Shown: in pieces, positions 7,936-16,941 of the stretch
How positions within the stretch are numbered: the first letter of the stretch is position 1
How the letters are laid out: every line of letters begins with the position of its first letter
Assembly: GCA_017463565.1 (NCBI GenBank)
Contig: JAFTOZ010000113.1
Location: 1 to 52,074, forward strand
DNA: 52,074 nt
Direction: 5' to 3'
Origin: Clostridia bacterium
GTDB lineage: Bacteria; Bacillota; Clostridia; Christensenellales; CAG-1252
Translations under genes and position numbers: made by a program
The notes under the pieces: generated by a model
Databases searched by the model: none
What the model saw: the letters and a program-made list of their open reading frames with translations, nothing else
Told to the model about the DNA's origin: nothing

Positions 7936-9501
7936 TCAGGCGGATAGACCCAAGCCAAGGGCAAGGGAGAGACCGCAGACGGTACTGCCGATGGGATATT
8001 TGATGCGGCCTCGCCATAGGCAATAGTCGCTGAGCATCCAAAGCCCTGTCCAGAATAGGGGAAGGCAGAAAAGTTGGTAGCCGATACGCAGATACCCCCA
8101 GTTGCCCAAGTGCATAAGGGCAATTTGGATCCATTCCATCAGAACACCCAAACAAGAGAGCAAAATGCCGAGGTTAGGAAGAAGCATAACGACGACGACT
8201 ACGACGAAAAGGGCGAAGTAGAGGAAGGTGAAGATGGGAATAATCAAAAAGTTGATGAGGGGAGAAAGGGCGGAAACCCCACCGAAGAAATAGAGGGAGA
8301 TGGGCGTGACGGCAAGGGTGACCGAAAGGTTGAGCGCAAGTGAGTCGGCAAGAAAGCGAGGGAGCTTACGCAAAAGCTTGGAGAAAACAGGGAAGAGAAA
8401 AACGATACCGAGATAGGCGCCGTAGCTGAGGAGAAAGCTGACGTCGAATAACCAAAGGGGGTTGACGATCAAAAGAAGAATGGCGGATAGGGACACGTTG
8501 CTGGCCGAGTCGGAGCGCGCACCAAGCGCCTGGGCAATTGAGGCACCCACCAATACGAGCGCAGCACGCAAAACGGAGGGAGCAAAGCCGCAAAACCAAC
8601 AGTATAGCCCCAACGTGACGGAGAGGGGAACGAGGCGCAACACGGCAGGCACGCGGCACTTTTTGAGTATCCAGGCAAGCACCACCGCAAAGGCGCTGAC
8701 GTTCATACCGGAGACCGCCAAGAGGTGTGCGGTGCCGGTGAAGCGAAAGCCGTTTACCACTTCGTCGGGCATTCGAGCGGGGTCTCCTGTGAGAAGTCCG
8801 TAGCCAAGGCCTGCAACCTCAATTGGCGCATTAGACACGAGGGCGTAGTAGAGGTCCTCGCGGATCACCTGTACCCCACCGATTGGAAGGGAGCCCAGAA
8901 TATAGAGGGAGGTTGCGTCTACGTGGTAGTATTGGCGGTTGACGATACGGTGCAAAAGATAACTGTCGAAATAGTCCACACGGGTATGGGTGGCCGCACC
9001 GTAGGCAAAGAGTACGTCTCCTACGCCAATGGCAATACCCTCGGCGGTGGAAAGAGCGTCTTTGGACACGTAGACCTGGGGAACCTGCTCGAGGGAAACC
9101 GTGGCTTTGCCTGCAAGGGGGCGGTCAGCCTGGTAGAGATCATCAAAGGTGAGGGAAAGAATGCGCCCCTCGCCGTCGATATTGAAGCCAACGACCCTAC
9201 CACGGAGATAGGTGTTTTCGGGCAGGGGTTGGATACGGCGGTGGACGGCAAGCGCAGAATGGAAGCAGGTGGCGGCACCAAGGACAAACAAAAGCAGACA
9301 GACCACCGCAAGCACCCTGCGCCGTGTGAGGGTGAAGATCATCACAAGGGTGAGGGCTATGACGAAAAGACTGATTAGGAGGGTGATCCACCAAACGTCT
9401 ACGGTAGCTGACAAAATACCTGCCATGAGATAGACAAGGCAGGTAGGCAATACGCGAATATGTGCAAGTTTGTATTTGTTACGCTCGGGCCTCGGTAGCA
9501 T
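7936..9501 (-). CDS. comEC: ComEC/Rec2-family DNA internalisation channel protein, without a metallo-beta-lactamase domain
   Basis: Polytopic membrane protein with the competence-domain signature FRFTGTAHLLAVSGMNVSAF. It is only 521 aa and ends directly in a terminator. Confidence 0.8.
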   Translation of the reverse strand: MLPRPERNKYKLAHIRVLPTCLVYLMAGILSATVDVWWITLLISLFVIALTLVMIFTLTRRRVLAVVCLLLFVLGAATCFHSALAVHRRIQPLPENTYLRGRVVGFNIDGEGRILSLTFDDLYQADRPLAGKATVSLEQVPQVYVSKDALSTAEGIAIGVGDVLFAYGAATHTRVDYFDSYLLHRIVNRQYYHVDATSLYILGSLPIGGVQVIREDLYYALVSNAPIEVAGLGYGLLTGDPARMPDEVVNGFRFTGTAHLLAVSGMNVSAFAVVLAWILKKCRVPAVLRLVPLSVTLGLYCWFCGFAPSVLRAALVLVGASIAQALGARSDSASNVSLSAILLLIVNPLWLFDVSFLLSYGAYLGIVFLFPVFSKLLRKLPRFLADSLALNLSVTLAVTPISLYFFGGVSALSPLINFLIIPIFTFLYFALFVVVVVVMLLPNLGILLSCLGVLMEWIQIALMHLGNWGYLRIGYQLFCLPLFWTGLWMLSDYCLWRGRIKYPIGSTVCGLSLALGLGLSA

Positions 9502-9525
9502 TTTGTCGGGAGTGGAAATTTTTCT

Positions 9526-10437
9526 TTAGAAACCGAATGAACCGGGGGTAATCCAGATATAGGAGATGAGCCCGAGTATGACGGGAATGAGCACTTGGTG
9601 GAGCAAAACCACCCAAATGGTGTTGCGACCCAAGAAACACATAGGACGGTGCCAAGCACGGTCCAGCGTGGGCAAGAGGGTGCGGCGGCGTGGGTAGAGC
9701 AAGGGAACGAGGGCGGAACCCATCAGCACCCGACTGATATAGGGAACGGCAAAGGCAGGGTATTGTTTGGTGATGTCGGCAAGGGAGCCAAAGAGGGGGA
9801 AATAGTCGCCCGGGGAAAAGAGACCGGGCGCACCCATACGCTCGGAGAAAAGACACATCCAAACGGGCGAGCCCGTGAAATCCGCTCGCTGCAACCAAAA
9901 GAGGTTGAGGGTATAGAACAGAAAGGCAAGGCCTCCAAATACGCCTACGGTGAGGGTGCGAGAGCGCTTGGTTGCCGTCCAGACGAGGGCGGCCAACAGA
10001 GAAGACAGCCCCAACATATGTAGGACACCGAAGCGAATGACGATATTGCCCAACCCCCACGAGGCGGCAATCTTGGTACCGTAGGTGAGGGCGATGGCGC
10101 AAAGGGAGATCTTGGCACTATGTAGCCACGGATTGCGTGAGAAGGTGACACTCATACCGCAAAGCAGGAAAAAGCCCCACAAGACCATATCGTGCACCCA
10201 AAGGCGAATGGGGTGGTACCAGTAGAAGTTGGCAAAATCGATGACGGCGGCGGCACCCTCCAGGCCGGAGGCTCGCCAAGCGTCGTCGAACAGGAAATTG
10301 AGATCGAAAAAGGTATGGTCCATGACCATGAGCAGAATGAAAAATCCGCGTAAAAAATCCAGCTCCCAAATGCGACGCCGTTTGGAAGGCGTGGAATGCC
10401 TTACCTCGGGAAAGGGGACGCCGGTGCTATCCATCAT
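9526..10437 (-). CDS. DUF1624 / HGSNAT-like membrane acyltransferase family protein
   Basis: The N-terminal motif RRIWELDFLRGFFILLMVMDH is followed by ~9 TM segments. The start is uncertain: ATG 10437 lies just after the upstream stop, and ATG 10518 is the alternative. Neither has a clear SD. Confidence 0.6.
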   Translation of the reverse strand: MMDSTGVPFPEVRHSTPSKRRRIWELDFLRGFFILLMVMDHTFFDLNFLFDDAWRASGLEGAAAVIDFANFYWYHPIRLWVHDMVLWGFFLLCGMSVTFSRNPWLHSAKISLCAIALTYGTKIAASWGLGNIVIRFGVLHMLGLSSLLAALVWTATKRSRTLTVGVFGGLAFLFYTLNLFWLQRADFTGSPVWMCLFSERMGAPGLFSPGDYFPLFGSLADITKQYPAFAVPYISRVLMGSALVPLLYPRRRTLLPTLDRAWHRPMCFLGRNTIWVVLLHQVLIPVILGLISYIWITPGSFGF

Positions 10438-10438
10438 A

Positions 10439-10966
10439 CTATTCGGACTTTTTGACGGTGCGATCGAACGTGATGGGATTGACACGGTCATCACGGTAGA
10501 GATCGAAACGGTCGGCATACTCGTGCACCAAAATGTCGGGGTGCACCTCGCTGTGGTAGACGAAAAGCGGCTTCTCGGCGGGGGCGGGGTCGGCCTTTAC
10601 CTCGCGGACGCGGGCAGGACGGCGACGGCGTGCGGCACGGATAGCATCGGCAGAGCCTGCCGTGACGCTGGAGATGGGCTTGCGACCGTAGGAGCGAATG
10701 AACAGACCCACCGATACGCCAAAACAGAGGGTCAGACCCACGTAGTAGAGAATGGTGTTGAGAGAAAATACCTCGAACTCAAACTGGCCAAGCGCCACCA
10801 TCACGACACCGAAAATGCCGTAGAAAAAAGGTACGTACAAACCGAAATAGACGATGACGCGGGCTAAAACCTTGACCGTCTCGCGAATGATCGTCCAGAT
10901 CAGACGCAATACTGCCAACAGGGCTAAGCCAACAACTACTTTTGTACCATTGCTTTTTTCTGCCAT
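10439..10966 (-). CDS. Hypothetical membrane protein
   Basis: 175-aa ORF with three predicted TM segments, then an Arg-rich linker and a soluble tail. An SD (AAGGAG) and a consensus promoter lie upstream. Confidence 0.6.
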   Translation of the reverse strand: MAEKSNGTKVVVGLALLAVLRLIWTIIRETVKVLARVIVYFGLYVPFFYGIFGVVMVALGQFEFEVFSLNTILYYVGLTLCFGVSVGLFIRSYGRKPISSVTAGSADAIRAARRRRPARVREVKADPAPAEKPLFVYHSEVHPDILVHEYADRFDLYRDDRVNPITFDRTVKKSE

Positions 10967-10993
10967 CGTATGCTCCTTGTGACGTACGATGCT

Positions 10994-11022
10994 ATTATAG
11001 CATACCTTTTTTTATTTTTCAA
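10994..11022 (-). promoter_or_regulatory. Sigma-A-type promoter (TTGAAA-17-TATAAT)
   Basis: On the minus strand, TTGAAA (11022-11017), a 17-nt spacer, then TATAAT (10999-10994). It lies 28 nt upstream of ATG 10966. Confidence 0.65.
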
Positions 11023-11059
11023 GCATAATTATATCCCTCGTGCGGAAGGCTATGCATAA

Positions 11060-11590
11060 TCAGAGGTAGCGGACGAGAAGACAGCTGACGATGGCACCGA
11101 GGACGGTGGAGACGAGCGCAATGGGGATTCCGTAGCGGAGTTTTTTGTTGGGGACGGTACTGAAATAGACGGCGGAAACGTAGAAAACCGTTTCGCTGCT
11201 GCCCACAAGTACGGAGGCGGCGCGTGCAATAGAGCTGTCGGCGCCGTAGAGGGCGTAGATCTCCTCCAATACCGCAAGGGAGCCTGAGCCGGAGAGGGGA
11301 CGAATGATCATCAGCTCGGTGAGCCCTGCAGGAATGCCCACCCCCTCGAGGACGGGACCGAGGGCGGTGCTGAGATAGCTACCGAGACCGCTGGTGCGGA
11401 AAAGAATGATGCAGACGAAGATGGCGGCGAAGAAGGGGAAAAGCTCGGCAACCAGGCGGAGCGCCTCTACAGCGCCCTGGGTGAAGGCGTCGAAAAGGGG
11501 GACGCGCTTGATGATGCCTGCTACCATCACAAGCAAAAGAAGTATGGGTAATACGTAGTCACTTATTTGGCTCATAGTTGGCTTTTGCAC
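11060..11590 (-). CDS. spmB: Spore maturation protein B (nucleoside-recognition/Gate domain membrane protein)
   Basis: Resembles SpmB in size and sequence, and is paired with and overlaps spmA. The start may instead be the internal MSQISDY at 11575. Confidence 0.75.
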   Translation of the reverse strand: MQKPTMSQISDYVLPILLLLVMVAGIIKRVPLFDAFTQGAVEALRLVAELFPFFAAIFVCIILFRTSGLGSYLSTALGPVLEGVGIPAGLTELMIIRPLSGSGSLAVLEEIYALYGADSSIARAASVLVGSSETVFYVSAVYFSTVPNKKLRYGIPIALVSTVLGAIVSCLLVRYL

Positions 11591-12176
11591 GAGTTTTTGC
11601 TATTTTTCTACTTTCCATTTTGCGCCAGAGAAAACGGAAAACGTAGGTGAGGACGACCGAGATGACACAGGTGATGAGGGTGGAAAGAATGGAGGGGAGA
11701 ATGATGTCGGAGGGGGTGGCGGAGCCTGCGGCGGCTCGCAGGGCGATGATGGTGCCGGGGAGAATTTGCACCGAGGTGAGGTTCAAAACGAAGAACAACA
11801 ACATACTGTCGGTGGCGTGGTCTTCCCCTTTGCTCATACTTTCGATGGCCTTGATTCCAAGGGGTGTGGCGGCGCCGCCCATACCCAGTAGGTTGGCGGT
11901 GAGATTCATACCGATGAGAGTTTGTGTATGCTCGCTCTCGCCCTTGAACATACGGCGCAAAAGGGGGCGAAATAGGCGGGAAACTCCCCTTTCTATCCCC
12001 GATCTTTCTGCGATTTTGAGCATTCCCATCCATAGCGCATAGACCGCTACCAGTTTGAGGGCGAGGTTGACCGCCTCGGACGTGCCCTCGAGTAGATAGC
12101 CCATGGTGGCGGCGGGATTTTGGATACACAGCAGCACCAACGCACAGATGACGATGAGTCCAAACACGATATTCAT
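11559..12176 (-). CDS. spmA: Spore maturation protein A
   Basis: The N-terminus MNIVFGLIV..., the LKIAERSG segment and the GMGGAATPLG motif are typical of SpmA. It sits directly upstream of spmB. Confidence 0.8.
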   Translation of the reverse strand: MNIVFGLIVICALVLLCIQNPAATMGYLLEGTSEAVNLALKLVAVYALWMGMLKIAERSGIERGVSRLFRPLLRRMFKGESEHTQTLIGMNLTANLLGMGGAATPLGIKAIESMSKGEDHATDSMLLFFVLNLTSVQILPGTIIALRAAAGSATPSDIILPSILSTLITCVISVVLTYVFRFLWRKMESRKIAKTRAKANYEPNK

Positions 12177-12266
12177 GGCCTATTTGTATGAGATTTTGGG
12201 GGAGAATATGCGCGATAGACTTGTGGCAAAGAGGGTTTTGTAGTACACTTATAGAAAAAAGCGGAG

Positions 12267-13403
12267 TTGTATATGGTTCCTTTTGAAAAATTGGCTGCGC
12301 TGCTTGCGAAACAGCCCAATAAGTTGGTGTTTAGCCGTCCGTTGCACGAGGATCTGCCCCGTAATTTGGTGCTGCAGAAAATCGAAAAGGGGAAGGCTCC
12401 CTATCAGGCCGTGCGCCAATTTGAGAAAAAGGTGTTTCATACCCCTGTGTGGGATTTGGTGGCGTACGTGCGTGAGGCACTCCCCTTGTGGCGGGAATTG
12501 CACGTGTTTGGCGAGGAGGATTACTCGGCGTTACTGTCCAAGGGGAACGTGGTGAGCTTGAAAAAGTTGCCCAAGCAGAGCAAGGCGGTGGCCGTGGCGC
12601 ATAACCGTGAGAAGAATCGGTTGATCGCGGAGGGGGACGATTTGCCTATCTTCGTGAAGTTGGGTATCTTTACCAAAGAGGGTAAAGTGGTGGCCGCTAA
12701 ACAAGAGAAATTCCGCCAGATCAACCGCTATCTGGAACTGTTGATGGACGTGCTAAAGGAGTACAAACCAGGGGATAGCCTGCGTGTGGCAGACTACGGT
12801 TGTGGGAAAAGTTATCTTTCCTTTGCCGTGTATTACTACCTGACCGTAAAGCGTGGGCTAAAAGTGGACCTGGTGGGAGTTGACCTCAAAGAGGACGTGA
12901 TGGAAGAGTGCAACCGCCTGGCGCAGGAGTATGGCTACGAGGGTATGCGCTTTGTGTGTGCCAATATCCGCGATTATAAGCCGGAGGCGCCGATTGATCT
13001 GGTGATTAGTTTGCACGCTTGTGACGTGGCGACCGATTACGTGTTGGACGGAGCAATTCGGCAGGGGGTCAAGCATATTTTTGCAGCGCCTTGCTGTCAG
13101 CACGAGTTGGCAAAGACGTTGGACGGAGCGTTGATGCCCATGATGATGCGACACGGAATCGTGCGGGAAAGGTTGGCGGCGCTGGCAACCGACAGTTTGC
13201 GCGTGGCGGTACTGGAAACGCACGATTATAGCGTGGATATCGTGGAGTTTGTGGATTTGGCGGATTCCCCGAAAAACCTGCTGATTCGCGCCGTAAAGCA
13301 CACGCAGAGTGTGGGTTTCAAGCAGGCAAGGCAGGCGGAGATTGATAGCCTGGTGGCGCTGTGTGGGAAAAAGCCCACGCTCTTGCGCCTGTTGGAGGAA
13401 TAG
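12267..13403 (+). CDS. Class I SAM-dependent methyltransferase
   Basis: SAM-binding motif I VADYGCGKSYLS. An acidic residue follows beta-2 (VGVDLKED). Length 378 aa. Confidence 0.75.
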   Translation: MYMVPFEKLAALLAKQPNKLVFSRPLHEDLPRNLVLQKIEKGKAPYQAVRQFEKKVFHTPVWDLVAYVREALPLWRELHVFGEEDYSALLSKGNVVSLKKLPKQSKAVAVAHNREKNRLIAEGDDLPIFVKLGIFTKEGKVVAAKQEKFRQINRYLELLMDVLKEYKPGDSLRVADYGCGKSYLSFAVYYYLTVKRGLKVDLVGVDLKEDVMEECNRLAQEYGYEGMRFVCANIRDYKPEAPIDLVISLHACDVATDYVLDGAIRQGVKHIFAAPCCQHELAKTLDGALMPMMMRHGIVRERLAALATDSLRVAVLETHDYSVDIVEFVDLADSPKNLLIRAVKHTQSVGFKQARQAEIDSLVALCGKKPTLLRLLEE

Positions 13404-13441
13404 CGCACACCGCTCTCGCCATACTAAGGGCGGAGGTGTGT

Positions 13442-13588
13442 ATGAAAAAAGGATCGAGAAAAAGAAAAGACAGAGTGCAACAGGCGGTGGCGGCAATGGC
13501 TAACCCTCTCGTTGACCCCATGGGAACGTATACGGGGGTGCCGGCCGAGGAAGGGGAAAGACCTTTGCAGGACGCGGACGATTTGTAA
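13442..13588 (+). CDS. Small hypothetical protein (48 aa)
   Basis: The ATG at 13442 follows a good SD (GGAGGTG). The protein has a basic N-terminus and an acidic C-terminus: MKKGSRKRKD...DPMGTYTGVPAEEGERPLQDADDL. The longer track ORF (13361) overlaps the methyltransferase's end. Confidence 0.4.
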   Translation: MKKGSRKRKDRVQQAVAAMANPLVDPMGTYTGVPAEEGERPLQDADDL

Positions 13589-13680
13589 GACGTTGCAAGC
13601 AAAAGGGCAGGGATCAACCGTGGATTTGTTGGCAAACGGTTTTGCGCTAGGAACTGTCTTGTTTATGTGCCGAATAAAGG

Positions 13681-13709
13681 AAAAGGCAGAGCGTGGCTCT
13701 GCCTTTTTT
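13681..13709. terminator. Bidirectional terminator between convergent genes
   Basis: 12-bp stem AAAAGGCAGAGC / GCTCTGCCTTTT with a 3-nt loop. A-run and T-run flanks give a U-tail on either strand. Confidence 0.75.
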
Positions 13710-13849
13710 GGTGCTTGTCGCAGGGGTTTGCGACAAGTAAGTGATTACCTTTTTGAAAGGATTAGTGCTTGGCGCAGGGGTATGCGACAAGTAAATGGTT
13801 CCCTTTCTGAAAGGATTGGTGCTTGGCGCAGGGAATCCTTATCCGAAGG
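13710..13849. repeat. ~54-bp tandem repeat, about 2.6 copies, in the pullulanase 3' region
   Basis: The units start at 13710, 13765 and 13819. Each contains the hairpin CTTG(T/G)CGCA-N6-TGCGACAAG and CCTTT-N3-AAAGG. Confidence 0.8.
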
Positions 13850-16546
13850 TTATTGGTTGACGTTCATCAAGATAGTGACGGAACGAGCCTCGACCTCTAC
13901 GGTGTCGGTCACGGTGCCGAGAGGCGTGGTGGAGGCAAGGGCGCCCTGTGCGAATACGTTCCAAGTGCCGGGGACGTCGAAGGTGTAGGCAACCGGGTTG
14001 GGGTTGACGATGACGGTGACGTCGGTGCTAGACTCGGGATAGGCAAGGGTGAGCACGATGCAGGTGGCGGTGGCAATCTCTACCGTGGCAACCACCTCGT
14101 GGTCGGTGAAAATGGAATAGCTACGGCGCAGGTTCATAAGCGCTTTGTAGTAGGCAACCATCAGACCCACCGAGTTGTCGGGTTGGAGAGCCTCCCAATC
14201 AATGTTGTTGATAGCGTCCGAGGACATGTAGCTGTTTTCGTCACCGTCCTTGGTGCGGAGCATTTCTTCGCCTGCTTGCATGAAGGGGGTGCCTTGCGAT
14301 ACCATCACGATGGCTGCTGCCATACGGTTCATCGCCAGGCGGGTGGCTTCGTCTGCGGAGGGGCAGGTGAGAAGCAGTTTGTCCCACAGGGTGTTGTTGT
14401 CGTGCGCGGAGACGTAGTTGATGGAACGTTGGTCTTTGAGCATGAAGGGATAGCCGAGGCCGGCGCCGCCTTGCATACCGAATCCAACCGATTTGGCGGT
14501 GGTGGGAGAGGTGTTGCCGTTGACGTAGCCGCCGACTGCCTTGTCGAACACGCTGCCCTTGACACCGTCACGAATGACGTCGTTGAAGACGGAAACGGCA
14601 CCTGCTGCGCCGGGGGTGGCGGTGATTTGGTTGATGTTGGCTTGGTTGGCGGGCTTGAGCGCAAGCTCGGAAGTGCCACCCGTCCAACCCTCACCGTAGA
14701 TGAGTGCCTTGGGGTTGATAGCGTGGACTGCCTTTTCGATCTCTTGCATGGTGGTGAGATCGTGCAGAGCCATCAAGTCGAAACGGAAGCCGTCGAGGTG
14801 GTATTCGCTCATCCAATAGCTGACCGAGTCAACCATAAACTTGCGGTACATAGCACGCTCGGATGCGGTTTCGTTGCCACAACCGGAGCCGCCGCCGTTA
14901 GCGCCAGACGCGGTGTAGCGATAGTAGTAGTAGGGAACGATCTTGTTCAAAGAGGAATTGGCGTCGTGGGTGTGGTTGTAGACAACGTCCATCACTACGC
15001 CGAGACCCTTGCTATGCAGGGCTTGTACCATCTTTTTGAACTCCAGAACACGCACGGCACCGTCGAAGGGGTTGGTGCTGTAGCTGCCCTCGGGTACGTT
15101 GTAGTTCTTGGGATCGTAGCCCCAGTTGAACTCGTCCTCGGGGGTGGATTCGTCTACGGTAGCATAGTCGTAGACGGGCAGCAGGTGTACGTGGGTGACA
15201 CCCAGCTCGGCAACGTAGTCCAAACCGATCTTCATACCGTGGCTGTTGGTGAGGCCGGTCTCGGTGAAGCCGAGGAACTTGCCGGGGTAGGTGGCGGTAG
15301 CGATCTTGTTGGTGAAGTCGCGAACGTGCACTTCCCACAAAATGGCATCCGAATAGGTGGTGATGGAATCCACGAAGGTATCGGTGTCGAAACCGTCGGG
15401 ATCGGTGAGGGACAGGTCGATGACCATACCGCGGTTGCCGTTGACACCTGCGGAACGGGCGTAGGGGTCAACTGCCTCTTGCTCGCCGGCGCTGGTGGTG
15501 ACGGAATAGGTGTAGTAGGTGCCGTGGCCGATACCCTCGGCGAAGTGCTCCCACACACCCTTTTCACCCTTGGTCATAGAGATCTTGGCGATGGCTTCGC
15601 CGCCGTCACCTGCTGCAAACAGGTTGAGGACGACAGCGGACGCTGTGGGTGCCCACAGTTTGAAGGTAGTACCCCCCTCGCCGATGGTTGCTCCCAGATC
15701 GTCGCCATCGTAGACGTAGTTCTCTACGAACTCGGTGGAGTCGAAAATCTTGGTGGGCATAACGGTCTTGATACCGAATCCCTTGATTTCCATCGTGTAG
15801 GTCTTGGAAAGGTCTAATCTTTCGCCAACGGTGACGATACCGGTAGCGGATTTGACGGTGGCGGAGTTCTTGACAAGAGGCAGAACACGGTCGCCGTCAC
15901 GAACGGTGATGTCCTCCAGCGCCAGTTTGGCGGCAGGGGAAATGTTGTATTTGATGGTCGTGAACGAGGTCATTCCGGCCAGGGTGAAATCGGTGATTTG
16001 AATCAAGGTTTTTCCTCCATCGAAGCTTTCATATTGAGCAGGATCGCCCGGTTTGAGATAGATGACGGTGTTGGCACCGGTGAGAGTGATGAAGCGGTCG
16101 CTCTCTACGTCCTTGGTGGCGTTGCCCCAGGAGCTGCCGCCCGGTTCGCTACAGTTTTTGCGGACGATGAAGCCCACTTGGTCTACCGACTCGGGTACGT
16201 TGACCATCGTCTTGACACCGTAGGAACACTCGTGGAACAGATAGCCTTTGCCGGCTACTTCGCCGTACCAAATCCATACGTCACAGGTGGAATAGTCCAC
16301 AGACTTGGAATTCCAATAGATGGTGACTTGGCGCATACCCGGCTCGGGTTCCAACGTCCACTCGTCCTCGGGGGGAGTTTGGCCACCCTCGTCGATTTGT
16401 TCGCCACAGACGTCGCACTTGCCGTTGGAATCGGCGTCTACGTGCGCGGTGCAAGGTTCTTCGGGCGTGCAGGCGGTGAGCGCCATGGTTGCAAACGCCG
16501 TAGAGACCAGAACAACGACTAACAATATAGATAGTAATTTTTTCAT
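13850..16546 (-). CDS. pulA: Type I pullulanase (GH13), lipoprotein
   Basis: GH13 conserved regions are present: DVVYNHT, GFRFDLMALH, YGEGW, YVSAHDN. The start is trimmed to ATG 16546 (MKKLLSILLVV...LTAC lipobox), preceded by GGAGG. Confidence 0.9.
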   Translation of the reverse strand: MKKLLSILLVVVLVSTAFATMALTACTPEEPCTAHVDADSNGKCDVCGEQIDEGGQTPPEDEWTLEPEPGMRQVTIYWNSKSVDYSTCDVWIWYGEVAGKGYLFHECSYGVKTMVNVPESVDQVGFIVRKNCSEPGGSSWGNATKDVESDRFITLTGANTVIYLKPGDPAQYESFDGGKTLIQITDFTLAGMTSFTTIKYNISPAAKLALEDITVRDGDRVLPLVKNSATVKSATGIVTVGERLDLSKTYTMEIKGFGIKTVMPTKIFDSTEFVENYVYDGDDLGATIGEGGTTFKLWAPTASAVVLNLFAAGDGGEAIAKISMTKGEKGVWEHFAEGIGHGTYYTYSVTTSAGEQEAVDPYARSAGVNGNRGMVIDLSLTDPDGFDTDTFVDSITTYSDAILWEVHVRDFTNKIATATYPGKFLGFTETGLTNSHGMKIGLDYVAELGVTHVHLLPVYDYATVDESTPEDEFNWGYDPKNYNVPEGSYSTNPFDGAVRVLEFKKMVQALHSKGLGVVMDVVYNHTHDANSSLNKIVPYYYYRYTASGANGGGSGCGNETASERAMYRKFMVDSVSYWMSEYHLDGFRFDLMALHDLTTMQEIEKAVHAINPKALIYGEGWTGGTSELALKPANQANINQITATPGAAGAVSVFNDVIRDGVKGSVFDKAVGGYVNGNTSPTTAKSVGFGMQGGAGLGYPFMLKDQRSINYVSAHDNNTLWDKLLLTCPSADEATRLAMNRMAAAIVMVSQGTPFMQAGEEMLRTKDGDENSYMSSDAINNIDWEALQPDNSVGLMVAYYKALMNLRRSYSIFTDHEVVATVEIATATCIVLTLAYPESSTDVTVIVNPNPVAYTFDVPGTWNVFAQGALASTTPLGTVTDTVEVEARSVTILMNVNQ

Positions 16547-16597
16547 ACTGCCTCCATTTTGATTTGTTGACGCGCCCACGTGGGTGCGTGCGTATTT

Positions 16598-16626
16598 ATT
16601 ATATCGGGATATGGGCGTATTGTCAA
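16598..16626 (-). promoter_or_regulatory. Consensus sigma-A promoter (TTGACA-17-TATAAT) for the pullulanase gene
   Basis: On the minus strand, TTGACA (16626-16621), a 17-nt spacer, then TATAAT (16603-16598). Confidence 0.7.
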
Positions 16627-16630
16627 TAGC

Positions 16631-16653
16631 AAAAAACCGCCCTGTGGGCGGTT
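16631..16653 (-). terminator. Terminator immediately upstream of the pullulanase promoter
   Basis: Stem AACCGCCC / GGGCGGTT with loop TGT. A T-run follows on the minus strand. Confidence 0.65.
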
Positions 16654-16769
16654 GCAAGGGGGATTGCTTTGGGGACAATACGTAGAAAATGGGGATTGCT
16701 ACCGTTTTCATACCCAAAACAGGATAGCACGCGAGGGGTGGGAGAACAAATGATTTTGGGTTTTGGGAA

Positions 16770-16832
16770 GGGGAAAGTGAGGATAAAAAAAAGAGAGCGT
16801 ATGGAACGCTCTCTTGGGTTTAGTGGGGGTTG
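16770..16832 (-). terminator. 63-bp repeated module containing the terminator of the giant surface-protein gene (copy A)
   Basis: Stem AAGAGAGCGT / ACGCTCTCTT (16791-16815), with a 9-nt T-run on the minus strand. 61 of 63 positions are identical to 23711-23773. Confidence 0.8.
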
Positions 16833-16941
16833 CAACGAGTAGGATTTCCTTGTGGGATTTGGGTGTTCCAGAAAGGAAACTTGCTACTGTTGATATTTGC
16901 CTATTCGGCACCTTTTTAGCCCGAGGAGGAAAATCGGCGGG

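Noticed and set aside
13823-15817. 664-aa plus-strand ORF antisense to the pullulanase gene
   Set aside because: It has a Gly/Val/Asp-rich composition typical of antisense reading of a GC-rich gene, with no motifs or SD. The minus-strand frame carries all four GH13 conserved regions.
16654-16783. Small RNA between the two consecutive minus-strand terminators (16784-16815 and 16631-16653)
   Set aside because: I found no convincing promoter on either strand. There is only a short GGGGATTGCT direct repeat, which is insufficient evidence.
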